Positions 51,105 through 64,000 of a stretch of 64,000 nucleotides of DNA are shown piece by piece. The notes under the pieces were generated by a model. It made no database searches, was not told the origin of the DNA, and was given only the letters and a program-made list of their open reading frames with translations. The first letter of the stretch is position 1. Every line of letters begins with the position of its first letter. The DNA is from Octopus sinensis. Taxonomy: Eukaryota. A program made the translations under genes and the position numbers. Location: the NCBI RefSeq assembly GCF_006345805.1, contig NC_043007.1:42780001-42844000 (forward strand), written 5' to 3'.

Positions 51105-51720
51105 CCAGCTGTAGCAGGAGGAAGCATGTTGCCATTATCATTGCACTGTTTTAATGGAATCCTTTGTGATAGCTAGTACAGCACAACTTACTGTAGTTTT
51201 GATTTAATAAAACTCAGTAAGATCCTTCACATTTTTAAAAATCATCTTTCATTGTATATTTGCTCATCCTTCTCACATTACGATTTGATAATAAAAAAAA
51301 ATGTTTTCTTTTATGATTTTATTTGTCTTTATTAAAATTTTTTGCAGCCACGTTTCCACTGGTGGTGTCTTTTGTAGGTTTAGATGTTACCTTAGGTTAT
51401 TTTATACTTGATCATTTATACCACAAATGTTCAGTTACTTGTTATTAACATATGTTACTTGTTGACTTATATTGTCTTTTGTTCATAAAAGCGTTTTAAC
51501 TCTAAATGGTTTTTCATACAAGTGGCATCTCAGTAATTTATTCTCAAAAATGTGTTGCTTTTCACATATTATATTGCACATCCCCATTGTGATTTTTCAT
51601 TTCTACATTTGCAAATGTAGTGAAGTCTATGCTAAGACCAAATCATGTCCAAAATTATGTTTATCCTTACTAGAATGTTTGAAATATTAGCCATTGATTA
51701 ATATGGCTTGGGAGCATATA

Positions 51721-52516
51721 CGAGGTGATATCGTAAGGTTCCTGGACTAGTTACTTAGGTAAATAAGTTTTAACATCATCTTGAAATAGTCACCTTACTC
51801 TGCAATACAGCATTCCTGCTACTTTTAGAATCTGGCCTGGAACTCATTTTCTGTGATTTGGAGACCTTTTGCAATTCGCTCTTGATCTTAAAACAGTGAC
51901 CTTTGAGTTGCATTTTCATCTTGAGGAACAGATGGAAGTCTGCAGGTGCTAAATCTGGCAAATAGGCCAGGTGTGGAAGCAATACCATGTTGTTTTCGGT
52001 GAGGAGAGCTTGGTGATGGTGCATTGTCACTGAAGAATCCAGTTCTTCATGCTCCACAGATCTGGTTGCTTTTTCCAAATGTCCTCCTTCAAACACTTCT
52101 AAATGTTGTAGAACTCTTGACTGTCTGGCCCTGGGTGACAAATTCTTGATGCACAATACCACATTTCCAGAGTACCACTCATGGCAGGTCTTCCTAATTG
52201 CTCATCATTTTCCAGGGACATTTTTCTGCTTTTGAAGTACCTGTGCCACTTGAAACATTGCATATGACCTATTGCCTTGTCACCACAGGCTTGCTGAAGC
52301 ATGCTCCATGTCTCTGGTAAACTGCCCAAGTTTAATGCAAAATTTCATGTTGGCTCTTTGTTCCTGTCCATGACAAAATTGTAGACTACAGCATATGTGA
52401 TCACAAATTGCAAAGTAAATACAGCAATATCACTTGGCACACTGCCTCATGAAGGTCACTGCTAGCTCCGTTGGTGTGCTACAGAATTAGCCGGAGAACT
52501 TTTTGATACCACCTTG
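51721..52516 (-). mobile_element. Old internally deleted mariner (796 bp)
   Basis: Degenerate TIRs (about 22/32) with TA flanks; ETWSMLQQACGD..CFKWHRYFKSRKMSLENDEQLGRP and PHLAYLPDLAPADFHLFLKMK. Confidence 0.85.
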
Positions 52517-54847
52517 TAATAATCAACTTGGTACTTAAGGCATCAAGTATATTAATATTAACTTCACTTTTTGTTTTACATGCAGATGATGTCTGTGTAA
52601 TTTAAGTCACAAGGCTTTTTTATTTATCTGCTGTCTAGTAAACTATCTCTTATTGTATCTGGTCTAGCATTATGCCTAACCTAAATAGGTTTGTAATTGT
52701 TAGGTGACTTACGTTACTGCAAGCTATTAAGATTCTATACAGCCATCTCAAGTTGTCCATTGTCAACATGTTATGAAAAAATAGATTGATTTATGGAGCA
52801 CAACAGCTGTGATGTTAAGTAATAAAATTGATCCTAACAAAATTTAAACTAAAACTTGGGAGGTGTGTGAGCCAATGAAAAAGCCTGTGTTTGCTCAACT
52901 TGTTAAAGAAAGCTGTTAAGTCACCTTTAACAAACCATAGCATCTTACACAAGTAAAAAGATACTTAGGATAATGTTGTCTCAGTTAAACTAGGCCTATG
53001 GTTCTGAAATGAGATCTCAGCATCTGCCATCAAGTATTAGTGAAATTTTTAGCATCCCTTTGTCATTATTATTGAGAAGACAAAACCAAAGTTTGCATCC
53101 ATGTAATTTTTCTTTGTGATGCTGGGCAATTTTAACCCTTCTGTTAATATATTTCTTGTTGAAATACACTGCCTTACTTTTGAAAATAATGAATTCTTTA
53201 CAATTATGTTTAGGATTTGAACCTTCTTAAGCTTGTCCCTTTATCTGAATAATGTAGTCCCAAATATGTATGTGGTAATGGGAGGAAGACAAGATAGTGA
53301 TGACTGCATTTTTTTTTATTTAAATCTGGTGGTCTGCAGTTTATCTGAGGGCTGAATAACAATTGTATTTGTGTTATTAACCCTTTTCAAAACCACCCCA
53401 AGATTGCCTCTGGTTCTTGATACAAACTTTGTTTTAAAGTTATCTTAATTAAAACTTACCATTGAGATTTCATGTTGATTCGCTTTCAACACCAAATTCA
53501 TAATGATAAAATTACTACATTCTTCATTAAAAAAAAAATCCACTGAAACAAAGGCAGTGTTTTTCAATTAAAGTTCTGTTAATATATGGTTGGTGCTCCG
53601 TTGTCTTATTTTCACCTATCTTTAGTTATGCTACCCTGCAGTTAACTGTTCATGTTGAAAGCATTACTGGGAAACTTTTCCCTTATCAGTGTTTTTGTCT
53701 AATCAGTAAATATCTTTCAGCTGTCTTTAAATCTGATAAATACTGGTTACATTATGCATCATTGATGTCTTATAAAATGGAAAATGCTGGGAGTTTGTCA
53801 AAAATCATTCACTTTACTCAACATGCAACCAATTCAACTTCTAATTAAGTTGTCTCCCTTGTGAATTTCTTCAGTATGGTTCTAATTTCGATTCTTATCC
53901 ACACACATTTATGAGAGCTGCTATGAAATAGGTCAAACTCCTGCTTAGGAAAAGGATACATTGGTAATGAAGTCCTGGATGTATTCTGCTTAGGAAGTCA
54001 TGGTAGTTATAGTTGAAACGCTTTTGACCCATAGTTCTTAGAAATAGCCTTGAGGGTTTAACCCTTTCGATACCAACCCAGTTGAAACTGCCTCTGGCTC
54101 TAGTACAAGTGTTTTGTTTACAAAAGTTCTGAGTTAATATCTTCCACCAAACTTTAGTCACAATTTATGTTCCTTATGACTTAGTTATTTTACTAAATTC
54201 TTTGTTATATTCAAAATTAATTGAAAGAAACAAAAAAAAATATGGCACCAAGATTAAACTATGTACATTTTAATTTAAACACAAAATCGGTTTGTGAAAA
54301 GAACAAATCTTGTTTTGACACTGCATATACATAGTGTATTTCTGATGTGTTATTGACTTCCAGAAGGTTGGGTTGTGCAGTCTTTGAGAACAGTAGGACA
54401 AAACTAAATACTTCGTTGTTTATTCCCAGGCCAACCTTGACCAAAGGCATTCCATCCATCGTATTCTCATCTTTTAGTCAGACATAATGCATCTAAGCTT
54501 ACAGCATTCAGTGTACCATGCAATTTGAGAAAGAATTCAGCTGCTGTTTTTAGCTAGATGGCTAATCACTCTGAGACTCCATTGACTCATTGGTATTTAA
54601 CTGGGTGCTCTGGTGTGGCAATAATATAGTCAATATTTTATTGTCCTCTTTTCTAAGTTTACAAGGGACAAACGGAATTCTTTGAGGCAGATGCTCTTCC
54701 TGTTGCCAATTAGGGTTACCCTAACATGTTTCCAAGTAAGATAATATTTCACCATAAGTGAACATATTTTTGACACTCATTCACAGCTATCACCCACTGC
54801 CAGGATGAAGGGATGTGCACGCACACAATTGGCTCCTTTCAGTTTCC

Positions 54848-55068
54848 TTATTTTATTGCCCACAAGGGGCTAAACATAGAGAGGACAGACAAAGGAATTA
54901 AGTCGATTACATCGACCCCAGTGTGTAACTGATACTTAATTTATCGACCCCGAAAAGATGAAAGGCAAAGTTGACCTCAGCAGAATTTGAACTCTGAATG
55001 TAACAGCAGACGAAATACTGCTATGCATTTCACCTGGCGCGCTAACGTTTCTGCCAGCTCACTGCCTT
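54848..55068 (-). mobile_element. tRNA-derived SINE family A copy
   Basis: B-box-like GAGTTCAAATTC followed by GCCTTTCATC..GGGGTCGATAAATTAAGTA. Near-identical copy at 60058-60290 (-); decayed copies at 3540-3895, 24520-25150 and 48530-49400. Confidence 0.8.
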
Positions 55069-56730
55069 CAGTTTCCATCAAACAAATCCACTCACTAGAC
55101 TGGTTGGCTAGTGCTATGCAGTGAGACAACACAAAACTACATGGTTGGGAATCAAACTTCTTAAACACACAGCCATGCCTATGCCTTAAAAAAAAAAAAA
55201 GGAAGAGAAAAAAAATTCTGTGTGGAATAAATAACAAAGTAGAAAAATCACAATTGCGCAATACAGCTTTATTGCAACAAATATGTATGGTTTCCCTTTT
55301 AATAACCCTAATGTATTTCATGTAAACACTTCAAGATATTAAATATAATAAAATCAAATTTTAAAAAAGAAATCATTCAAACCGTATGATGATACATTGT
55401 TTTTTTTTTAATTCAATTATATTTAATTTTTTAAATTTTGTTTAATGTCTCAATCTTCATCCAAACTTATCAATGCAATATTATAATAACAACATAATAA
55501 TGCAAACAGGAATAAATTTGAAGAGACTGGGTCACCACCATTCATTCAACCTCAAGCCACATAACCCTGGCACATTCAACATGAAAGCAAATCTTTCTTT
55601 AGAGTGTTTTTTTTTTCTTTTTGTATGCATCAAAGATAATTAACCATCTCTAGTTAAATGGCAACCCAGCTGAAAATATGTACACATAACAAAAGGTTAG
55701 CAGCTGCAACCATTGCATGCTGTGATTGACAACATATATTTATAAATCTTGTTGGCTGTGGTGGATTGTAGAGGTGATCACATAATTCTTTATAACAACC
55801 TATAACTTTTATTTTATTTCTTTTCCCCACTTCATAACAAATATAAATTACTAGTCTTAATTGCTTACGTAAAGTTATGATTCTTACCTTGAAAAACTTT
55901 TAGTTACTCCAAATGTTTCAAATTTTGAAAGACAGTTGTAGAATGACAAATACGTACAATGCATGTGTATGTGTGTACCATTCCACTTTTGGATTGTTTA
56001 TAGAGGTGCTACCTTAGATCTTTTCCTCAAGCAAAAACAAACTACCTATTATCAATCTAAACCAGCTAAGATTATCTCTGCACATAGGTGTGCAGCTGCA
56101 TAGGTCAATAGTGCAGGAAAAAAAATTAACAAATAAACCAAAATAAAAGAAAGGCAAAAATAAAACAAGAGGAACAGTCTACGTTTCGGTCTTTGAAACT
56201 AGAAAGATGAAGAAGCAAAATGAACAAGCTGGAGATTGGGAGGTGAAACTCAGCACAGCAGTTATATTTAAGATAACAGCCAAATAATGTACACATGAGT
56301 GTGTGGCAGGATGTACATAGTGCACTCATGCTTGTGTATTCCTATATCGTACTCTTACATACTACAGTGTTTAATACTATCAGAATTAGCCTCATACACT
56401 CCGAGCCATATTATGATTATGCATTTATATGTGCGCATTTATGGAGCAATGTGTTTATTCATACACACACATATATACAAACACAACATGTATATGCATA
56501 GATACATGTGTGTATGTATTTATCTACATGTAAGTATATGTACACACAGACACACATACAATGCAAATGCTGGAAGTAGACAGATGTTCATATGATCATA
56601 ATTCTATGAAATATAAATTTATATATATATATATATGTATATATAAATACACCAATGCTTATTCAATAACATCTTTGTATTGTATGTGCTGAGACTGCAG
56701 ATGTTTAACATAACTATATATATTTGCATG

Positions 56731-56761
<31 letters not shown>

Positions 56762-57612
56762 CAGTGTATGTATATGTAAATATATATACATGCGTACATA
56801 AATATATAGATCTTTTTCCAGGTATATACTTAGAGTGAAATACCATAGAGCATTAGTGTATGTATGTATATACATGTATACATAGGTCATTAACATTATT
56901 TTAACAAATATTTGTGGATGCTGCATAGAGACATAAAATTCAATATGGATTTATATATACTAGGTTCTTTTTGCAAGTGTGTGTGTGTGTAGAATGCACA
57001 TAGTTTGATATGAGAAACAATGAGCCTCATTACAGTGGAAATTAAATATGCATGAGAATTTAGGATTATCTTTTTTATTCATTAAGTACAAAAACAGAAG
57101 AAATGAAATTTTGCATCAAGGGCTCATGGAAATGTACTCCCTATTCCCTATAAAGATATGTGTGTGTGTGTATATATATATACATATAATATGTGTGTGT
57201 GTGAGAGAGAGAGAGCATATTTGTAAAGAAAGAAAAAAATGAAAAAATTTCTTGTACAAATATTTCCCTCTATATATTTATTCATCAGTTTATGTGATTT
57301 ATTTTTGCATATTTTTGTTAATTTTATGACCCTTTACTCCATTAGAATTTCAATTAATGCTTCAGTGTGTAGTGTGTGTATATATATATATATACACACA
57401 CACACATGCATATATACTCACTATTTGTGTTAGTGTGTCTATGAGCATATGTGCACATAGATGTAGTTAGATCCTTATCTGGATAAGTTTAGGCAGCTGG
57501 AAATGTTATATGGTCCCCAGGGGGTGAGATGCAATGGAAATAAATGTTTTACATCAATGAAGAAAATCCACGTGTGTGTATATATAGATGCACACACAAA
57601 CATATATATATA

Positions 57613-57652
<40 letters not shown>

Positions 57653-57704
57653 ATGTAGCTATATATGGTTAGTACAAAGAGATTACTCAATACTAAGTTG
57701 AGAG

Positions 57705-57741
<37 letters not shown>

Positions 57742-57905
57742 ATATTTAAAAACTCCAATTAATTATTTACTACTTTGAGAACCTTGTAGTAGTCAGCTAC
57801 GTTGAATTTCTTAAACCAGCAATATATTAAGGTCATTAGGAATGAAATGTCCAAAAATAAAATAAACTTTCAATTTGAAATTGAACATTTCATTCTTGAC
57901 AGCCT

Positions 57906-57907
<2 letters not shown>

Positions 57908-57960
<53 letters not shown>
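57908..57960. repeat. (TA)n microsatellite; similar tracts at 6045-6110, 7737-7845, 9014-9130, 9836-9905 and 47210-47240, and (TG)n at 39174-39217
   Basis: Read directly from the sequence. Confidence 0.95.
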
Positions 57961-57964
<4 letters not shown>

Positions 57965-58340
57965 AATGAACATATGTTAAATGCTAGGAAATAAACAGAT
58001 TGTATACTCCCAAGCTGCAAAAGACTGTTCAGTCAGCAATGGTACAACTGATCTATCAAGTGAATTTGCAGTTAAGGAGTGTTTAATTCTCATTAATTTC
58101 ACAAAAATTAACATATATAAAACTCCATTCATTTCCAACAAAATTGTATTGAGCACTTATATGGTTTTGTACCACAACATAAACAAAAACTACATACATA
58201 TTGATATGCAAACACACACACACACATATATATCTTTATACACACACAACTTGGTGAAGATTTAGCTTTGATATAAATAACGGTTCTGTAGCAATACAAC
58301 CAAGTCCAAGATTGTCCTTCCTGTGGTGTATCTGTCATTT

Positions 58341-58413
58341 TTACTCCATTTTGGATATTTCAAACTTTGTTGTCATGATTTCTTCATCAGAATCAATTAG
58401 GCTAGGCAGGGCC
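58341..58413 (-). CDS. TMEM87A: TMEM87A/B-like last exon (KALPSLIDSDEEIMTTKFEISKME*)
   Basis: TTCTTCTTTCAG acceptor, TAA at 58343-58341; matches ALPALLDSDEERMITHFERSKME. Confidence 0.95.
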
Positions 58414-59604
58414 CTGAAAGAAGAACATAAGACATTTTAGAGTGAAAATACTCACTACTACTAGTAGTAGTAGTAGTCCTTTCTACTAATGGCACATGCT
58501 TTCCATGCTGGCATGGGTTAGACAATTTGACTAGAACTGGTAAGCCAGAGAGCTGCACCAAGTTGCAGTCTGATTTGGTATGGCTTCTATAGCTGAATGC
58601 CCTTCCTAACACCAACCATTAGTCTGAATTACTTGCGTAAATTTATTACACTCCAAGAGTGTAATGGGTGCTTTTCATATGCCACTGGTACAGGTGCTTT
58701 TATGTGCCATCAGCATGGATACCAGTTACATGACACTGACATCAGTCATGACTATAATTTCACTTGGCTTCATGAGTCATCTCAAGCATGACATATTATC
58801 AAAGGTCTCAGTCACTTGTCATCGCCTCCATGAAGCCCAACATTCAAAGATCATGCTTCACCACCCCGTCCCATGTCTACCTCTTCCTCTGGTTCCGTCC
58901 ACAGAGATCAGCACTTCTTTGCTCAGCTGTCCTCACCCACATGCATCACCAGCGCAGTCATCTCTCTTGCACACCACACCTGATGCCTCTTATGCCATTC
59001 TTTTCTCTCAAGACACTCACACTCTGTTGTACATGCACACTGACATTGCATGTGCAGCGAAGCATACTAGCTTCCTTTCTTTCAAGCCTACCCATATACT
59101 CAGCAGTCACAGCCCATCTTTCACTGCTGTGTAGCATAGCTATTTTAGCAGAGTCCACTCTGTTAGATATCCAATGCCTGAAGAGCATTCTACAATGTAA
59201 CAAAGCTATGGAGAAGCAAAGGTATAAGCTGCAAAATGAAACTGAAGCTGTTCAAGACATTGGTCCAATCAGTATTACTCTATGGATGTGAAACTGGGAA
59301 GTGACAAAAATGGAAGAAAAAACAATGGACAGCTTCCAAGTCGTATGCTTATGGAAAATACTTGACATCAGCAAGATCAGTGATGAAATCAGGTGCAGAG
59401 GCTGGAACTGGATCGGGCACATCATCAGACAAGATTGCTAACTAACTATTGAAAGCATTCAAAGTAAGTTTTCAGCCTGAGAATAACTCCTCTCTTCCCC
59501 CACCAGCTTTGGAAGTCCTGCAAAAGGTTAAAGGTGCTAATATTCCCCCTCTACTAAGCCATAATATACTTAAAAAAGAAAAATTCAGAAAATTATATAC
59601 TTAC

Positions 59605-59657
59605 TTGTCAGCCACTGAAGTAGGGATGTTATCTTCAACCCATTTAAGATCATCTTC
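59605..59657 (-). CDS. TMEM87A: TMEM87-like exon (EDDLKWVEDNIPTSVAD)
   Basis: CTCTTTCAG acceptor, GTAAGT donor, 53 nt; matches EDDLKWVEENVPSSVTD. Confidence 0.95.
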
Positions 59658-60057
59658 CTGAAAGAGGATAATACAGATTACAGGTGAGCAAAGCACATCT
59701 CAGATCAAGTACAGTAACTTTTCGCTTTTTACAATTTTTCTGTGATATGAAATTGAACATTACGAACACAGCTTACCAAAGCAAACCGATAATACCAATA
59801 AAACCATTAATAACTGTAATTTCCACAGTATACAGTTCTAGATTTATAGTGAAAATACTTGAATGATGTCACCCATGTCTCTCCAAAAGGCTTTGAAGAT
59901 AAGGCACAAGTGAGGTAAACTGGACTGATTACAACTATCAACTGAAATGTGTTTCAGACATGATTAGTTATTCCTACTTCTTCACTCAACCTACCAGAAA
60001 TAGTAGACAACCTACCAGAAATGTGATTTGAAATATCCTTTAAATCACATTCTATCT

Positions 60058-60290
60058 TATTTCTTTACTGCCCACAAGGAGCTACACACAGAGGGAACAA
60101 ACAAGGACAGACAAACAGATTAAGTCGATTATACTGACCCCAGTGAATAACTGGTACTTATTTAATTGACCTCGAAAGGATGAAAGGCAAAGTCCACCTC
60201 GGTGGAATTTGAACTCAGAACATAACGGCAGACGAAATACTGCTAGGCATTTCGCCCGGCATGCTAACGTTTCTGCCAGCTCGCTGCCTT
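60058..60290 (-). mobile_element. tRNA-derived SINE family A copy
   Basis: B-box-like GAGTTCAAATTCC (plus-strand GGAATTTGAACTC at 60204-60216); same body as 54848-55068. Confidence 0.8.
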
Positions 60291-61551
60291 ACATTCTATC
60301 TTAGCTGTGAAGGAAGAATACATGGGATAATATAGAACACTGTATCTGAAAAAAAAGTGGCAGGATGATCAAAGCTGGAATGGTTTTGATCACAGGCCGC
60401 TTGCTTAGATCAGAGCTGATCTGGCTGGCCTAAACGTTTTTCTTGGAGTTGTTCAATGAAGAACATGAACCACACTGAACTCATTAGTCTTAAAGGACAT
60501 GCAAAAGGACACGGGCAGATTTACTTTCCTCCAGAAAAAAAAGAAAAGAAAAAAAACCTTCTTAAAACTTACATAAAAAGGCTAACCTCAATAAAGAAAT
60601 TCTAACTGAACATACTGACTGCAATAAAACTTTTCCACACTTGGTTCCTAGTTATAATAGTACACTGTCCAGCAATCCCTTAACTACACATTTGCCAGAT
60701 ATCAGAGTTAAGTTCATTATTATAATAACAATTTTAATTACTAATATTTCATATTGCATATTAATAACTACTAATATTTCATATTGCATATATCACCAAA
60801 GAAACAACAAATATTTAATTTATTACATTCATTGACTAGTTAGTGTTAAAACAGAAATGTAAGAACAACATACCACCAGCTCCAATGATTCCTGTAAGAA
60901 ACTGAGTGCAGACATGGTTGTATAATTAAGAAGTTTGTTTCACAACCATATAGCTCCAGGTTTGCTTACACTACACAGCACCTTGGGTAAGTGCCTTATA
61001 TCATAGTCTTAAGTTGACCAAAACCTAAGATTCTAAAATACAACACATAATATGCTGTATTTTAGAGTGTAAATAGTTGCTTGGAAATATGTGGCATGCT
61101 ATACAAGTTTGTCCAGCCATTGTTTTTCCAGAGGCATGAAATTAATAACTTGAATTTAAATCTTGTGTACATTAAATGTTGTCTTTCACTGGATGGAGAA
61201 CTTTTTTAATTGATCCTACCAATAATGGAACAGTATATTTTATATATGAGAGTATGTGTATGCGTGTAATTTTTGCCAATGTATATAGTTGAAGGAATAA
61301 CCATTGATGAGAAATCAAAATTAAAAAAAAACAACTATGCTTCATGAAGTCCTTTGAGGTACTTCTTAATTTCTTACAGACACACCTTTGTCACTCTTGG
61401 GAGAATGCAATGAACCATTAACTGGATCATTAGAAATCTGTAACTAACGACACTGTAGTTCATTAGTTGTAATATAAAATATATAATAATAAGTGTCTAA
61501 ATGCAACCCCTGAAAGAGTATGAAATATTTTAAAATATTAGAGAAACTTAC

Positions 61552-61625
61552 TGCTTTATTTTTGGAATCTTTCTGTTTTGGAGATCCATTCGAGAGAGGT
61601 TTAGCTCCTCTCATCTTCATACCAT
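61552..61625 (-). CDS. TMEM87A: TMEM87-like exon (DGMKMRGAKPLSNGSPKQKDSKNKA)
   Basis: TTCTGTCCCTTACAG acceptor, GTAAGT donor, 74 nt; matches EGMKMRSTKQEPNGNSKVNKA. Confidence 0.92.
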
Positions 61626-61868
61626 CTGTAAGGGACAGAACTGAGAATTAGAGGCTAACAGAAAAAAGTAAGATAAATTAAGTATCAATTGAAACTTGAA
61701 AAGCAGACTTCTGGCTATTTTAACAAGTAATGCTTATCTAATCACAGCTTAATCAAGGAAAGCTCTCAAAGGTTAAGGGACATACCCTTTCTTCTTTGAC
61801 AAATGAAGAACAAAAACTAAAAGAAGAAGAATAAAAGCAACAACAAAAATAAATCAGTTTATACTGAC

Positions 61869-61939
61869 CAAAAGCATCGTTCATAACAGTATCGTCATCA
61901 TCTTCATCTTCAGCATCGAGCAATGGAGAAAAGGCATAT
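61869..61939 (-). CDS. TMEM87A: TMEM87-like exon (RYAFSPLLDAEDEDDDDTVMNDAF)
   Basis: TATATTCTAG acceptor, GTCAGT donor, 71 nt; matches RFAFSPLSEEEEEDEQKEPMLKESF. Confidence 0.93.
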
Positions 61940-62341
61940 CTAGAATATACAAAACAATTTCATATGTTTTTTAATCAAGACTCTAAGGGAATTTACCCAA
62001 ATATACCATATACATGTACTCTTTAAGTTTAGTAATAAGTTGCTACCTAAAAATGTGATGTATTTTATGCTATCTGGCACATGTAGAGTCAAAGCATCTA
62101 GTCACTAAGGTTGAGGTTAATAAAATCATACTGTACAAGACATAAAATGTTTAGGTTTCCACACTTTGCTCCATATACCAATAAAAGCAATAGTATTAGA
62201 GATATAGTGAGAAAGAAGTCACAACATATCTAAAAATAAACATCTATGTTACTGGTCTGCTTAGTTACAGATGACAGGGACTACAATTCAATAGCAATAG
62301 CCAAAATAAACAAAGCTGGAATAATGATGTAAAATACAAAC

Positions 62342-62445
62342 CTTTGGTTATTTGCAGAGGGTCTCCACAAAATCATAATAACCAAGAGCAGCACAGAAAA
62401 CAGCAGATGCCAAAAGGCTTCATCAACCCACAATTCTCGCCAATC
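62342..62445 (-). CDS. TMEM87A: TMEM87-like exon with last TM helix ([34 protein letters not shown])
   Basis: AG acceptor at 62447-62446, GT donor at 62341, 104 nt; matches [35 protein letters not shown]. Confidence 0.96.
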
Positions 62446-63590
62446 CTTTAAAGCAAATAAAAAACAAACATCATTACTTACAGTCATAGCAAATCCCTTT
62501 TACAGATTGTTAGGATGTCCCTTTGCAACCATCACTGATACTAGTTTATTTACATACAAACATGTAATAGTCAGTATTTGTGTGGTTATGTGTATCTGTG
62601 GATGCTTAAACTTTGCTGATAACATTGTAGTAGAAACTGTACAGGAAATAATATCTACATTAAATGCAAAAACATAGTGTGTGACAAGTAATAAAATTTC
62701 CATATCTTGTAAACAATATTTCTAGTGACAATGATGATGAAATTAATGTTTGGACGAAACTCAGGAAAGCTGCAGCAGTTTTCCAATGGAAGTGAAATTA
62801 TACATCTACATGTTCATTGTGGTACCACTAGCTATCTATGCTCATGAGAAAGTTCAACTAGCTTTCATAACAAACTTGATGTCTTTCATAGGCACAATAT
62901 ATGTCTAATATTAAGTATTGAGCATAGTATATACTAAGTATTGAGTACATAGTATCTGTATTTGCTGCAGATACTATGTTATAAATGAAGTTATAAAATA
63001 AGGCACAATACAATATTTACAGTAGAAATTAAATGTGCAGATCAGTGAATCAGTAAAAGGTGATGTCTTTCCTTCAATCGCAAGGAGAAATACATTTCTG
63101 GTAGATCTTTTTTCAGTTATTTTGGCCAACAGAGAAGCTTCTACACAGCTGCTAACTTGCTAGAAATAGTAGCAAAAACTTCCTCAAATCACACTCAAAC
63201 ATCTTTAAAGATGGAAGACAAACAGGACAATGTAGTCCTAGCCATAAATTTGAGATGGTAACAGCTAGACTGACTTGACCATGCCTGCTTGACCAGAACT
63301 AAGGTTAAACAACATCAGCCCTGATCAACATGCGAATATCTACATGATTACATAAACTACTAGAAATAATAGCCAATTCCTTCTAGAATCACACTTTATG
63401 AACTTATATTTTACGTAATGCAGTTAGCCCAAATGAAAATGGTCTGGCTGATCACAGCTAGAATGCCTTTGATTCTAAGTCTGCTCAAAGAAGGCTGGCC
63501 TAAATAAACAATAATGAGGGCTGAGCTTAATAAGCAACAACAAAAACAACTCTGGATAAATATAATGAAGGTGTTAATTGAAAGACTTAC

Positions 63591-63649
63591 TGTAAGGCAG
63601 AACTTGAGTTTGTGCTGGGATATTGACCAAGCCATGTAGGATATGGACG
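63591..63649 (-). CDS. TMEM87A: TMEM87-like exon (ASISYMAWSISQHKLKFCLT); upstream exons lie beyond the window
   Basis: CTATTTGTTGCAG acceptor, GTAAGT donor, 59 nt, phase 0 into the DWRELW exon; aligns to ASIVFIIWTTMKFRIVTCQS. Confidence 0.88.
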
Positions 63650-64000
63650 CTGCAACAAATAGAGTGAAATATTAGTTTCAAGTTGATGTCACAACTTACA
63701 TAAGACAAAAATTGTATGGCACTTCCTAACATGGAACAATCGTATCATCTAAGATGGATATAACTGTATTGAGTGCAAACACGTCTTAATGCTGAAAATG
63801 TTGACTTCATAATCACAAAGTTTCAGTTTCAATCCGATTGTGCAGCACATTCAGCAAGAATCTTACTATAGCCTCAGATTGACTCTTCTCTCTGTCTTTT
63901 TCTCCTTTCTATTCCATTTATATTTAAATTAGTAACAGCATTTTGATTTCCATTTTGCATGTTTTCTTTTGAAGAAATAGGTAACCCATCACTTCTAAAT

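Noticed and set aside
60725-60790. Short tandem duplications (also about 14019-14110 and 59980-60020)
   Set aside because: Ordinary slippage duplications in AT-rich non-coding DNA with no sign of function.

Overview
AT-rich, repeat-dense eukaryotic genomic DNA. The SINE/LINE families and microsatellite load look like an octopus (coleoid cephalopod); that assignment is my inference. By reading splice sites and translating by hand I reconstruct four intron-containing genes arranged +/-/+/-: (1) ERH, coding exons 2-4 (+, 3415-12354; the ATG-only exon 1 was not located); (2) PIGH, five exons (-, 40939-19135, about 171 aa); (3) PCLAF/PAF15, four exons (+, 41420-51104, about 95 aa; last exon tentative), head-to-head with PIGH across about 480 bp of CpG-enriched DNA carrying E2F-, ETS- and CRE-like motifs; (4) the last six exons of a TMEM87A/B-like gene (-, 63649-58341). 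Introns and intergenic DNA hold four defective mariners, a non-autonomous piggyBac, a Helitron-type element, CR1-, RTE-, BovB-like, L1/Tx1- and Penelope-like retroelement remnants, MITEs, SINEs and microsatellites. I found no new multi-gene biological system. The most unusual structures are a gag-knuckle L1/Tx1-like element inserted with a 5-bp duplication at the junction of a 355-bp repeat that is both tandem and inverted, an RTE LINE with a twin-priming-type 5' inversion, and an invertebrate PAF15 that keeps both ubiquitinated lysines and the PIP box but shows no KEN box.
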